From the NCBI GenBank assembly GCA_964016885.1, contig OZ024740.1, forward strand, positions 305,350,001-305,414,000: DNA of 64,000 nucleotides. Direction: 5' to 3'. The notes beneath the pieces were generated by a model that was not told the DNA's origin, ran no database searches, and saw only the letters and a list, made by a program, of their open reading frames with translations. The DNA comes from Eledone cirrhosa. Lineage: Eukaryota. Of this stretch, positions 39,758 to 52,454 are shown in pieces. A program made the translations under genes and the position numbers. The number at the start of each line of letters is the position of its first letter. Position 1 is the stretch's first letter.

Positions 39758-39895
39758 GTGGTGTTAGAGACTGAAATCACAAACAAGGCTGCTCTTAAAC
39801 TATATGAAAATCTTGGATTTGTAAGAGACAAACGGCTTTTTCGATATTATTTGAATGGAGTGGATGCTTTACGGTTAAAGCTCTGGTTGAAATGA
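39758..39895 (+). CDS. NAA30: NAA30 exon 4 (terminal)
   Basis: Long polypyrimidine tract with ctag|. [45 protein letters not shown]. Confidence 0.95.
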   Translation: MVLETEITNKAALKLYENLGFVRDKRLFRYYLNGVDALRLKLWLK

Positions 39896-42189
39896 AAGGA
39901 ATAAATTATTCTTGAAGGGCTCTGGCCTTTATTTTTCTTTGACAGCATGAAAATATTTTGTATTTCCACATAGCTATTATTACTTCATGAACAGAACTCC
40001 TGGCAGGTTGATCCAATTTATCATGGCTCAGTACATGAGAATCTTGTCATTACAGTTCACCAAGCTGTGCTTATGGGTTGCAGGTGCTGTCGGTTATTTG
40101 TTGTTAACATCAATGGTAATATAATCAATATAAAAAAATAAATAATATATGTATAGGAAACAATGTTCTGTTTCGTTATACCAACAAATTTGTCCCAGTT
40201 TTTTTGTGACTCTGGTCATACTGAATTTCTCTACATTTAATATGGCTCCAATTGATGTGAACTGAAGATATGAAAACTAGCTAACCCAGTAGGAGATGCG
40301 ATGGTGTATATTTCTTTCAGAAGCTGCAATCAGCTTACTTTAAGGTGTTCCTGTTGGTTAGATTGTCTTCTAATTTGGGGCAGAATCCACATATATGTTT
40401 TATTTAATGAAAAAGAATTCATTTGCTAATACTCAGAAATGTATTTTGTGTCAATCATTTCATATTTTAAGTTGTCAGTAAGATGGCACGGCTTTCTCAA
40501 TGTTAGAACTCCACACTTGTAGCTAACAGTTGGGTTATATTTATAATGTATCCTTTGTAATGATATAAACCTCTCTTTAGCTGTCAGTCTACTAAATTTA
40601 GAGTATGGTTCATATGTACATAAATCAGGATATGTCTGATAGCTGCATTCATCACATAACTTGACAGCTGTAGGAGTGGAGTGGAGGTATATTTTGCATT
40701 CTTTTTCTAATCTATTGAATTTTTTTTAAATTAAATAAAAATAATTCAATTAAAAAAATGGATCAGGTTTCTTGTGCTGTTGAATTCATGGTTTTTGCTG
40801 ATCCTTTTTGTGTTCATTGTTTAAAAACAACTTTGGCAAAATCAAACTACAACATTAAGAATCCTATTTGCTTTAGCTTAGTTGCATAAAAGTGAAATCC
40901 CTTTTCAAATGAAACTTCACAGTCAATTTATTTTGGATTCAATTTGAAGCTTATTTAATTTTTTTCATTCTAAATTGTGTCTCTCTTTGCCTCTCAATAC
41001 TTTGAATGGTTTCTCTGAATAATGTACATAAATGTTTTGCCTATATCTCAATTATTGTTTAGCCCTAAATCAACCCTTATCAAACAGATCTATGATCATA
41101 GGTGTCCCAATCTTAACCATCCTGTCTTTTTAGAAGTGTCTCCAGTGTGTTCTTTCCTTACTTAAGATGGTATGGTGTTATTTGGCTGTTAATTCTGGCA
41201 GGTTGAGTAGCCATGTAGAAGTTCCCTTGGCCCAATGTCTCAGTTATAGGGTGACTGTTCTGAGGTATTAAAAAGGCCACTAATGAAACTAATTATGTTC
41301 TGTGGTCATCACAAGGAAAATTTTCTTTAACATTGACATGGTTGTAGAAAAATGTCCATTGCATTGTTAATTAAACAGACAATGTAGATATTTTATACCA
41401 AGTTCTATCCTTCAGTGATTTTATTTTTCTTTCTGTTCAAAGTTATTTAACTTTAATGGATTTCCAGGTGTCACACAAATTAATTGGAGATATTTATAGG
41501 CGATCATTCTTTTTTAAAGACTAGAATTAGAAGTTTGTTTCACTAATATTGAACTTTCAATCCCAGTCTGTGATGGATTTTCCATATAATCAATGAGCAT
41601 AATTTATTTTAAATTGTTGTGTAATTTATATTTAAATTGTGTGTATTTTCTGGAAATTTTTTTCGTTTATTCTCAAATATATTAAAGCTATTTCTATAGT
41701 AGCTGAATGAAACCTCAGTTTTATTTACATCATAATATCAACAGTTGTTATAAATACCATTTTCAATGTCACAAAAAAATCTATGACAAATACATCCCTC
41801 AGTATTGTTTGATTTCCATGAAAGGAACTGCTGTTTAGTTTGTTCTCACATTGAATAAACTACTTTTTTTTTTAATTTGTAAAGTGATTTTTTTTCCTGT
41901 TTGTATCATTTATATATATTTTATCAAGTGAAAGAATGTTAATCAAAATGTTGTCCATGTTGATTTCTCTGCCAAGAAATAGTCCTTGTCCCTCATTACT
42001 AGCATTTTATTATTACTGCAGAGTATTCAACAAATAAATAGTGCCTGAGTGATTGTATGCCAAGAATTCTAATAGTGCCTGGTTTGTAATATTTCAATGA
42101 TTGTTTGCCAGGAATTCTAATAGGTTTGTAAATCAAAATTAAGTGCTGGATATGTTAAATGACAACTACAAGAAATTCATTAAGTTAAG

Positions 42190-42345
42190 CAATGGGATAC
42201 CAGCAACAACGCTGACGGATGTTCTTGAAGATGACACCGGGTTGGAGGCAGGGGAAATTCAGATATCAATACTAGACAGGGTGAGCTTAGAAGAGGAACT
42301 TTGTTATGGTACCAGTAACAGATGTATAGACAAAGAAGAAGAAAG
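42190..42345 (+). mobile_element. Short LINE 3' end (RTE-X-like)
   Basis: GIPATTLTDVLEDDTGLEAGEIQISILDRV resembles the RTE C-terminal 'GRP.T...D....DTGL....L....DR..W'. Confidence 0.5.
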
Positions 42346-42609
42346 CAAATCATCTTTGAACATCATCATCATCATCATCATCATTTAACATCTATTTTCC
42401 ACGCTAGCATGAGTTAGACGGGTTTGTCCCATTAGAGTTGTCTGACTCCTATAGGACTGTTTCTGGCTAGATTTCTAACGCCAACAACATTTACGGTGTG
42501 TGCTGGGTGCTTTTTGCCATGTCTACAATTTCATAGTTTCAAACTGATAAAAATATGTTTTAATATTGAACAACTTTTAACCTGTCACCAAAATGAATTT
42601 CATAAATTG

Positions 42610-42850
42610 ATGTTGAAATATTAAACTGACAGTAGTAAGGTGATGTTATGTTGAAATATTAAATTGCCACAGTAATAAAGTGATATTAGTATGTCGAAAT
42701 ATTAAACTGTGACAGTAATAAGGTGATGTTATGTTGAAATATTAAACTGTGACAGTAGTAAGGTGATGTTATGTTGAAATATTAAACTGACAGTAGTAAG
42801 GTGATGTTATGTTGAAATATTAAACTGTGACAGTAGTAAGGTGATATTGT
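42610..42850. repeat. Minisatellite, unit about 38-42 bp, about 6 copies
   Basis: atgttgaaatattaaactgtgacagtagtaaggtgatgtt repeated. Confidence 0.9.
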
Positions 42851-45800
42851 TGCTTCTAAGTTTCCTACCTGTTTGTTTCATATTTTTGATGTTACATGTT
42901 CATTGTGAAAGCCATAATCACATTATTTGGGGGTTCTTATGTTTCCTTGATTTCTATAATTTCTTGAATCTTTTTTTTTTTTACTGCTTTGTCAAGAAGG
43001 GAGGAGGTTAATTTCAAAATAGAAACCTGACCCAAATGCTTTTATCAAAGTGAATTCTGCTAAAGACAATCAAGGATCAGATGATGGTTTCTGTTTACCA
43101 TCTAAGTGGGTACTAAGTTAAGATACCATTACAATCCCTTTTTCAGAAATTTTAAACTATTTCAGCTTTAATGTGTTAAAATTAATTCCTTAACCCTTTC
43201 ATGACCACATATCTAATTAATTACACTCTATTTTAATTAATTAATGAAGAATTTTGAGGGATTTACTAAAATTACTAATTATTTCATTACTAAGATAGTA
43301 ACTTAATGTAAGTTTCTTATATAAAATTATGTTGGAAGATTTTAATTTAAACTGGAAACCTTTAAAATGGGTGGCTTTATTTCTTAGAAATAGAGCCAGT
43401 TTTGGTTGGGTTGGTAATTAAAGGGTTAAACTTTCAAACCTCTCTTTGTTGTATGTGTTTGCTATAATGTTTCAGTTGATAACTGGACCATTTAAAACAT
43501 ATCATAACAGCCTAATCTGCAATAGATTGTTCAATCAATTAAACTTACTATATAATAGCTCATTTAAAAAACATACAATGAATCAAGCTTTCATATATTC
43601 ACTTATGAAAAAGAAACACCAATAGTCAGTGTCCATTAAAGAAGTTATATTAGAATAAGTAAAGAGTAGTAAGGCTGTTTACAATATTCAGCTTCGTTCT
43701 TTTGTCTCTTAAGATCAAATCCCTTTGGAACAGATTTTAGTCTTTCATCCAACTGGAGCTGATATAAGTACTAGTGTAGACATAGGCAATGCGGACTTGA
43801 ACCTAATCATTAAAAATAATCAATATTGGTATAATTTAGACTCTAGAGAACGATAGCTTAATAAGAAATAAAGGAAATAATATGTGGATTTTGCTAATAC
43901 CTGTTGGTCAGAATATTGGTAATGAAGTGAAAGATAAAGCTGAAGAATCACAGTTAGTTGAGTTATTAATTTTAAGGGCCAAATGGTCAGTAATTTGATC
44001 TTATGACTAGAAAAAGACAATTCTAGCTTACTCAAGCCATCTTGTAAATAGATGACAGTTAACTACTGTATTGCTAATTTAAAATTTATTTGATAGGCTA
44101 TTGGAGAAAAGATCAAGATATTTGGGTTACCCAAAAATATGCTGAAAGTGGCACCATAATATTTCATTTATGAGATTTAAGCCACTTATATCATAAAAAC
44201 ATTATAAAGAGCTTAAGCTACAATTGACCAAGATTTATACCATCAGTGTAGTCATGCTATCTCCACAGTCAAGATACTAACCAGTCTACCAAATTATATA
44301 TTGGTAATATATGTATATATGGCTTCAAAAGAAGTATCTATATTATTTACAATGTGTACTTCATTAGATTACAATGCTGATTGTAAGCTAAAGAAAAACA
44401 CATTGAAAGAAAAATCTTCATGAAGTTCCTCAAATATCTTTTCTCATATTTTGTGAACTAGTTTTTCAGCTTCTAATCAGTTACCTATCCATTGCCTTGC
44501 TGCCATATATTAGTTGTATGGAGGTCTGATGACAATCTGCTAAATATAAATCCATTAGATCTATTTCAATAATTAAGGGTATCCAGCTGTAGAAAGCTTG
44601 CCAAAGGGTTGGGAGGACCCTCTCCTCCTTAGTGTTGGTGATAGGAAGGGCATCCAGCCATAGAAAGCTTGGCAGGGACCCTTAAATTGTGTCAAAGATA
44701 TGACAACCTCTCTTGTGCACTTGATAGAATGTAAGACCATACATAAGTAAGATGCAAACCTTCCCCGCATGTCTGGGAGATCACTAGTCCTGTTTCAATA
44801 CTGACTTGGTCTATGTAGACCCATCCAACCCTCGCTAGCAGGGAAAGTGGACTTTAAAGGATTATGATGATGAAGATAATTGGTTGATTTTTACATAAAC
44901 ATAAAGTGATGGGATGCAATCACAAGTTCAAACTCTGATATTGTATTACACCACTGACTCATCATCATCATTTTAACATCCATTTTTCTACACGAGCATG
45001 AGTCAGCTGAGTTGACCCGTTGTGAGCTAGATCAGATGACCACGTTCTGCTCACACAGAAGTTTCTGGCTTGGTCTCTACAACTTGATGCCAACCAAATT
45101 TATGGTGTGCTGGGTGCTTTTTGTCGTGACACCTACACGACCACTTTACAGTGTGGGCTGGGAGCTTTTTGTCATGTCACCAACATAACCACTTTCTAAA
45201 TTGTTACTATTTCTAGATATCGTTGTTGGAGCATGTATTAATACAGTTAAATAACTTTCCTGTTGATAAGTACACATCCTTGAAGTGGGAGTGGTATGTA
45301 TATTGTTAGGTTGCAAAGAATTATAAGGTAATAGCCATAAGCTTTGAATTCCAGCACAGTAATCCAACCCCCACAGCAAATGCATGCAGATAAGATTGTG
45401 ACTCTGCAACATGAACTAGATGGCCAGTGCTTTGCTGCACACAGACACACAAGGAAGTTTGTTGAAGGAATGTAGAAAAGTCTGTGGAGGTGGGTATATA
45501 AAAGCTTTTGCTTACTTCTATATAGATGTATCGTGTTCAGCACTGTCCTGTTAGTGAGATGCTGTATGACTGATCCATTCAAAATATGCTACCACTGTTG
45601 TTGCTGTTTAGTCCCAATACAACTCTGGAGCAAATGCAGTCCAGCTGTAACTATCCACAGTTTTAGGATATGTAGGACATTATTTAATCAGAACTTTCCT
45701 TAAGATGTTAGTGGGATTAGAATGCTAATCTAGAAGGTTGAACAACTACATAGAACCTTCCTTATTGCCTGATGCTATTGAGTGTTTGGGGGAACTTATA

Positions 45801-46603
45801 TCTATCCTTTGTGTATAAACAAAACTAATTCTCTAAGCCAAATGCAATATAAAAACTTTACTTAAGTGGAGTGAATATTGCAGATAACCCCATTTATGAT
45901 AGCAATAGTAACAAAGAATTTGACTAAGCACTAGCCGATTGGTTTTCTAATTGAAATATATGATATACATCTATGTCAAGAACTGCTCTTTGAATGAAAA
46001 CCTTTCCAATATTTGTTCTGCACCAAATTACAAACAATCCCTTGTCACTCCTTGCTGTCAGAAATGCAGTGAACCAGAGATTGACTTGTTGGAAACCTGT
46101 AACTAATTCATTAATTGCAATATTGATTTATCTCCAGAAACTTCAGGGGATACAAAAAGGTAAAGATTCCAACAATTGGTGATAGTAGGATGAACAGAAG
46201 GACCAGTAAGTGTGTTCAGTATAGCGAGTGACTGGACAATAAATACTAAGATATTGGAAGTGAGAGAGGTGTCGTTCTCTCAACATGATATGCATAGCCA
46301 CCAGTTCAAGAGGACTTTGCTCTTCCTCGTCTAGCTAAATTATAAAAAAGGAAATACGAAAGTAATGTGAAATCTCAGATTGTCATCTGGTGTCTTATTT
46401 CTGGATCTTAAAACCAAATTAAAATATGATCTTCATAACAACTCACCTCAGATATTTAATCCTAAATCTATGGCTATTGCAATGCCAACTTTCAAATGAG
46501 CATTTTTTTTTACAAAATATAATTGCTACAGTAAATAGCTGAAAATTAAAAAAGTTAAGATATGCAAACTCTTTCTTAAAAAATATTTTATTTCCTCTCT
46601 ATC

Positions 46604-46866
46604 TCATATTCGTAACATCTTTGCCTGCTTCAGTTCTTCAAGCCTCTCTTCTTCTGCTTTCACAAACACGCGTCTCTCTTCCAAAAATGCACTATATTCT
46701 TCGACATCCAGAGAATTAACAATATTAATGCCACATGAATGTGACGTTCCAATAATGCTTTTACAAATGTTCTCCAAAGATTGACCCAAGAATGCTGGGT
46801 CTTCACCTTTAATTTTAGCAATTTCATAAATATGTTTTATGCTTAACATTCCAGCTACTTCCTTTC
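46604..46866 (-). CDS. MRPL11: Mitochondrial ribosomal protein L11 (uL11m), exon 4 (terminal)
   Basis: ttttcag| acceptor. (G)KEVAGMLSIKHIYEIAKIKGEDPAF...IIGTSHSCGINIV...LEELKQAKMLRI*. AATAAA just after the stop. Confidence 0.93.
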
Positions 46867-47222
46867 CTGAAAAGAAACAAATATTTAGAAAGACTTCAAC
46901 ATTTGCTCAAATAATGAGAGGATTATGATATTTAAATTTTAAAAATTGCTTTAACAACTAAATCAATGACAAATTAATTCTTTCATTAATTTGATTTATT
47001 CCTTCATTAACTCTTTAGCATTTAAATCGGCCATATCTGGCCAGAATTCCCTCACCTCTTTCTGTTTAAATCGGCTGTAACTGTCCATTCATACCATAGT
47101 TATGGTATTGTTCTCAAAATAAATAATATCAATCTTGTAGATTCGATATTATGTGAGATAAAGCCTTTACCACAAAAATACAATAGTTTATATATAGAGT
47201 AAAATAAATGCTAACAGGTTAA

Positions 47223-47590
47223 TCTTCTTCACCCACTTATTCCTGAGAGGGTTGTGGGGGCAGAGTCCTCAAACACTCCTTCCAGCGGGTCCTATCAAAA
47301 GCAACTGTCCCCAAGTGAGATCAGCCGAGCTCATGGATGTTATACAACCATCTTGCTTGGTGTCTACTCCTGCCAGTTGGTTTGGCCCATAAAATCTGTC
47401 CAGCGATTCTTTCCTAAGACACAGTACCGGAGCTATGATATCGCTGAACAGATCTTACAGGCAAAGCCAACTGGCAGTAGACCCCCAGCAAGATGGTTGG
47501 ATAACATCTATGAGCTTGGTTAGTCTCACTTGGAAACAGTTGATTCTGATAGAATTCTGCACCCAGGAACAAGTCAGTGAAGAAGAAGAA
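47223..47590. repeat. Inverted pair of RTE 3' ends forming a fold-back
   Basis: About 47223-47408 (minus) aligns with the reverse complement of about 47440-47590 (plus). Both match 36530-36715. Confidence 0.85.
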
Positions 47591-47788
47591 AGAAAAGAGA
47601 TTTGTGATCAATTAAAAGCAGATATGAATTTACTTTAAAAAATATTTTTTTATTTTATCATTTTGCTCAATGTTTAGGTGACCTGGAAAAATCCCTAATA
47701 TTCCATATTGAGAAAGCACACTTTTCAATTTTCAGAATTTAAAAAAAATTCTCCATACTACATTCACTGGATCTGTATGCCATTTGCA

Positions 47789-47900
47789 CTGTCAAAGACT
47801 GATGGGCATAAATGCCTGAGGACAGACCAGCAGCCAGTGGCCAACATAGAGACAATCCACGAGGTGTTGACCACTGGCCACTGGTATCTGTCTTTGACAG
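47789..47900 (-). ncRNA. Candidate structured intronic RNA (pre-miRNA-like hairpin)
   Basis: 21-bp stem 47826-47846/47865-47885 with an 18-nt loop. All 3 mismatches are G-U on minus. Outer stem of 14/15 bp. Confidence 0.35.
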
Positions 47901-48208
47901 CATTTGGCTGTTCTTGCGATGAGTTTTCTCATTTATATATATATATAATTTCTTTCACCAAATGAAATCTGCTGCTAAGATCTTCAAAATTCAATTTCCA
48001 AGTTCCCACTGTAGTTCTCTATCAATTACAGAAATTTAATTCCATAGCAATAGTTGTTTAATCATTTCCGACTTAGATGTTTTTCCTCTCATTAAAGCTT
48101 TTTGATGTTTCTCTATCCCTATTTTCTGTGGCCTCTCAGTTTCTCCTTAAAAAAACCTGGGATATTATGTATGCAGTTCTTATAGTCTAGCTAAATGTAA
48201 GATCAAGA

Positions 48209-48509
48209 TCATCATCATCTTACATCCATTCTTCCACACTAGCATGGGTTAGATGGGTTGTCCTGTTGTGGGCAATGCCAGGTCAGGTGACCATGTCTTG
48301 CTCATACAGAACTGATTTTGGCTTGATTTCTACAGCTGGATGCCCTTCCAAACACCAACCTCATTTACAGTAAGTACTGGATGCTTCTTACCGTGGTGCC
48401 TACACAACCACTTTACAGTGTGGGCTGAGTGATTTTTGTCGTTACACCGAAACGACCACTTTACAGTGTGGGTTGGGTGCTTTTTATTGTGACACCTACA
48501 CAACCACTT
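48209..48509 (-). mobile_element. RTE-associated 3' module (AGGGCATCCAGC domain and (GAT)n tail); relatives near 2200, 8010, 31430, 42360, 44960, 49925, 60120
   Basis: Homologous to 9966-10230. Confidence 0.8.
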
Positions 48510-48548
48510 AAAAATATGGAACGCGTCACGAATTTACATGTCATCCTT
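48510..48548 (-). pseudogene. RNU6: U6 snRNA 3'-end retro-fragment
   Basis: Minus strand reads AAGGATGACATGTAAATTCGTGACGCGTTCCATATTTTT versus canonical U6 AAGGATGACACGCAAATTCGTGAAGCGTTCCATATTTT (3 mismatches in 38). Confidence 0.88.
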
Positions 48549-49301
48549 AAGATAGATATAAATATTGAAAAATCTCATTTCTACAGGTGAATCGTATTAA
48601 CAACACATCTCAGGTATTTAATCATTATTATACTTGTCTTTTGAATTATGTCATGCTCACATCATTTGTAGTTTATTTAATTGTTTTGAAATGTTCTTGC
48701 TCATCTGGGGCATTATATTTGTTGAACTCCTGTTTATAAGGTGTGCCACTCAACTCTATAAAGGCAGCAGCTCTTTTTTTTTAGCCCTTCAGGGTAATAC
48801 TTGTATTTTAAGTAAAAGAAATGCCTCCATTTTTTTTTTAAGTTAAAAAATGAAGGTGGGGGAATAAATCACAGTCCATTCACAATATGGAACAGCCATG
48901 AGACAGCTTTCATTGTGAATTATAATGCCACCATCTCCTATTTGGCTGCCAGCCAGAACAATACCACAATTGCTGCCACCACCACAACAATAGCAGTGGT
49001 GGCAGAAACAGCATTAACAAGAATAGCGACGAAAGTTACAAGGAAATAGCGACAACATCACTGCCACCACAACAAATAGCAGTGTCAACACCAAGAGTCG
49101 TTTGTGTGTTCATGGCAGCAGCAATAAGAACTATTCCCATTATCTTTAGAAAATAAAGGGAAGAACTTAACACAACCAAAAGATATGATTAAGATGCAAG
49201 GTGGTGCTCCAGCATGGCTACAGTAAAAGAATAAAAGATTACAAGGGAGAAAGGCCACATTGAGTCAACCAGAAATTACAATCAAATAAAATATATCTTA
49301 C

Positions 49302-49395
49302 CTCCAACCATAGCTCCCTTTTCTATGCCTGCAGCCTGTTTCAGGAAATATGTTGTTGGTGGAGACAACAATAGTAGTTGGTAACTACGATCAGG
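49302..49395 (-). CDS. MRPL11: MRPL11 exon 3
   Basis: ttag| and |gtaaga. PDRSYQLLLLSPPTTYFLKQAAGIEKGAMVG(G). Confidence 0.93.
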
Positions 49396-50503
49396 CTAAC
49401 AAGAGAAGTATTGAATAGAGTGATTAGTAAAATATAGTCACACAAGAAAGTATTTTATAATTACAACAAAAAATAATAATGATGTGACAAAATTATCAAA
49501 ACCTTTATTAAACACAAGGTAAGCTGTTATAACAGTGAATACAATAACTCTAAACTTTTAGGTACCCATTGATCCCCTGAAACATATTACTGAGGATTTA
49601 TGCCACAGCTTCAAAGGTACCTATTTCTTTTTTCCCCAGTCTACAATCACCTTGCTTAATATTATTTTTCTCACTTTTACAAAAACTTGATTTGTTAGCC
49701 ATATAAACCTTCTCTGCAGATGACATCAATATCATATACTTAGTTTCTGGCCTTCTTGCCTTCCCTTCACTAACTTCTTACACTCAATCATGAAGTAGCA
49801 TTTTGTTCAATCAGGCAAACTAAAGTAATCAGAATAATGGGTCTGATAGCAAAGCCTGAACTTTTGATAATGTGGTCAATAATACAGTCCTTTAACATCA
49901 CAGCACTTGAACCTCTATATATCATTGTCATCATCATCATTATCGTTTTAACAGCTGCTTTCCCTGCTAGCAAGGATTGGACGGGTCTATGACTAAATCT
50001 GTACTGAAGCAAAGCCACTGATCGCGCAAGTAAGCCAGGGATCTGTGTCTCACTTGTGTAGTCTCAAATTCCATCAAGTGTTCAAGAGAGGTTGTCATGT
50101 CTTTGACACAACAGAGGGTCCTCTCAACCCTTGGTTTGGCAAGATTTCTACAACTGGATGCTCTTCCTATCACCAACCACTTTCCAGTGTGTACTGGATG
50201 TGGATATCTTGTAAATCACCAACATTAGGGAGGTTGTCATGCCCTTGACACAACTGGCATGACAATAATATATATAGCAAAATATTATACCTGTACTAAA
50301 TAGTAATTAACTCTAGGAAAGCTGTGTTTTCATTGTAGTTTTAATAGCTAGTCGAGTCATTTCTTTTAACTTGCTCTTCATGCCTTACTCAGATTGCAAA
50401 CATTCAGACAAGGAGCTTGGTCTAAATTCTGGCAATATAGTGAATTCCAGCCCAGAATCAGGTGTTGTTTGATAAACGTGGAAAAGGTCTATCACTCAAT
50501 ATA

Positions 50504-51796
50504 CGAGGGAGGATCAAAAAGTTCGCGGAATTTTATCGTAGTAAGAAAAAAATAGGTTAAACATGTCAGAACATTGTCACTGGGTGTTTACCTTGCTATT
50601 AGTCACTTGCAGTCAGTTATACGCGGACTATTGTACAGTACTGACACACTTTAAAAAACCTCTTTTTGAAAAACCTCTTTATGGAAAATAGTTATTTTGA
50701 GATAAGATCGAATATCAAGTTTCTGGTGAAACTCAAATGGAAAGGGACACAGATTATGGCGGTTTTAGTTAAAGTTTACGGTACTACTGCTCCAAAGAAA
50801 ACTGCTGTCTACAAGTGGATTCAGTGATTCAAATAAGGGAGAGACGACCATCGCAGTAGAAGACTAGGAACATCAAAAAATGACCAAACATTGAGGCTGC
50901 TCAGACTTTAATTGAAGAAGATTGAAGAATAGCAGTTAATCAGTTAGCTAAGTCCCTAGACATTTCATATGGTTCGGCAAATTCAATTCTGCACGATAAT
51001 TTTGGACTAAGCAAGCTTTCAGCGCGATGGGCCCCAAAAGCGTTGCGCCCTGATCGGCTGATTCTTCGAAGTGATCTGTCTTTGGCGATATTAAACAAAA
51101 TTGAAGTTGATGAGCATTTCCTGACCAGAATCATCACCGGAGATGAAACCTGGATCTACCAGTATGATCCTGAATCCAAACAGCAGTCAAAACAGTGGCT
51201 TCCATGTGGATCATTGGGGGCCAATCAAGTTCAAATCTCAAAAGTCGGATCGAAAAGTGATGGCCACCATTTTCGGGGATTCAGATGGGGTGATACTAAT
51301 AGATTATCTTGAAGGTCAAAGAACTGTGACAGGAGCTTACTATGCAAATGTTTTAAGGAAGCTGAAAGAGGCATTAGTCAAGAAACGAAAAGGGAAACTT
51401 CATGGTGGGATCTTGTTTGACCATGACAATAAACCAGCACATTCTGCGCGGGTTGCAAAAGAAGTTCTTCGAGAATTTCGATGGGAAGTGCTTCCTCACC
51501 CGCCTTATAGTCCAGATTTAACCCCATCAGACTTTTTCCTCTTTCCAAAACTCAAAGAAATGCTAAAAGGAACCCATTTTAGTGGTGTTGAAGAAGCTAA
51601 AAACACTGCCAACACATGGCTTCAAACAAGGCCTTCAACTTTCTTTAGAGATGGCTTACGAAGCTGGAAGCATCGCCTTGTGAAGTGTATTGACCTGGAT
51701 GGCAACTATGTAGAAAAATAAATTGAAGGTAAATCATATTTTTTGAAAAATAGAATATTTTCTGAAAAATTCCGCGAACTTTTTTATCCCCCCTCG
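50504..51796 (+). mobile_element. Full-length mariner transposon (irritans subfamily, Hsmar2-like); transposase pseudogene 50681-51721
   Basis: TA|CGAGGGAGGATCAAAAAGTTCGCGGAATTT TIRs, 1293 bp. TGDETW, HDNxPAH and YSPDLxPSD (D,D34D). Stops and frameshifts present. Confidence 0.95.
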
Positions 51797-51934
51797 TAGT
51801 TACCACCTAACATATGCAATGCCTCCACATTTCTTGGAATGTGAAACTAAAGATATAGTCTCCAGCAATATGATAGAAACTTATACAAAACTAATCAAAA
51901 TTTGTTCAAGTTCGCTGAGTTGAAATCACTTTGA

Positions 51935-52157
51935 AGTCCATTGGTGTGGCCATCTCTCCTTCCAGCTGTCACATCCAGAATATTCTGTGAAGTCTACTGG
52001 TTTGGACCTCTCTCCTTCCAGCTGTCACATCTGGAATATTCCGTGAAATCCATTGGTGTGAACCTCTCTCCTTCCAGCTGTTATATCTAGAATGTTCTGC
52101 GAAGTCTATTGGTGTGGTCTTCTCTCCTTCCACCTGTCACATCCAGAATATTCTGTT
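51935..52157. repeat. About 59-bp tandem repeat, about 4 copies
   Basis: gaagtccattggtgtgg..ctctctccttccagctgtcacatccagaatattctgt repeated. Confidence 0.9.
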
Positions 52158-52454
52158 GGACCAAAGGAGAGAAGGTGTCTGTGTTTGCTCATGACTGCAT
52201 GAGCACCTAAAAACCTTAACAAAATATGGTTCATACTACCAAGTCATACTCAATTGCGAATGACAGTCATATAGTTAATATTTGATTAAGGTAATTCAGT
52301 TGTGAGAAGATATTTCTTTAATCTTATTCATAAACAGTTGACTATGAAAAGTTAACCTGTTATTTAATATTTATTAGTTTAAAAAGGTGGTGAAATGTCT
52401 TATATATTACATATTTTAATGTAATAGAAAAGACAAGTAATTATATATATATAT

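Noticed and set aside
47797-47825. CTGATGG-stem-CTGAG as a hammerhead ribozyme, C/D box or SECIS core
   Set aside because: There is no GAAA after stem II for a hammerhead, the C/D register is off by one, the helix is too short for a SECIS, and it lies antisense to the host gene.
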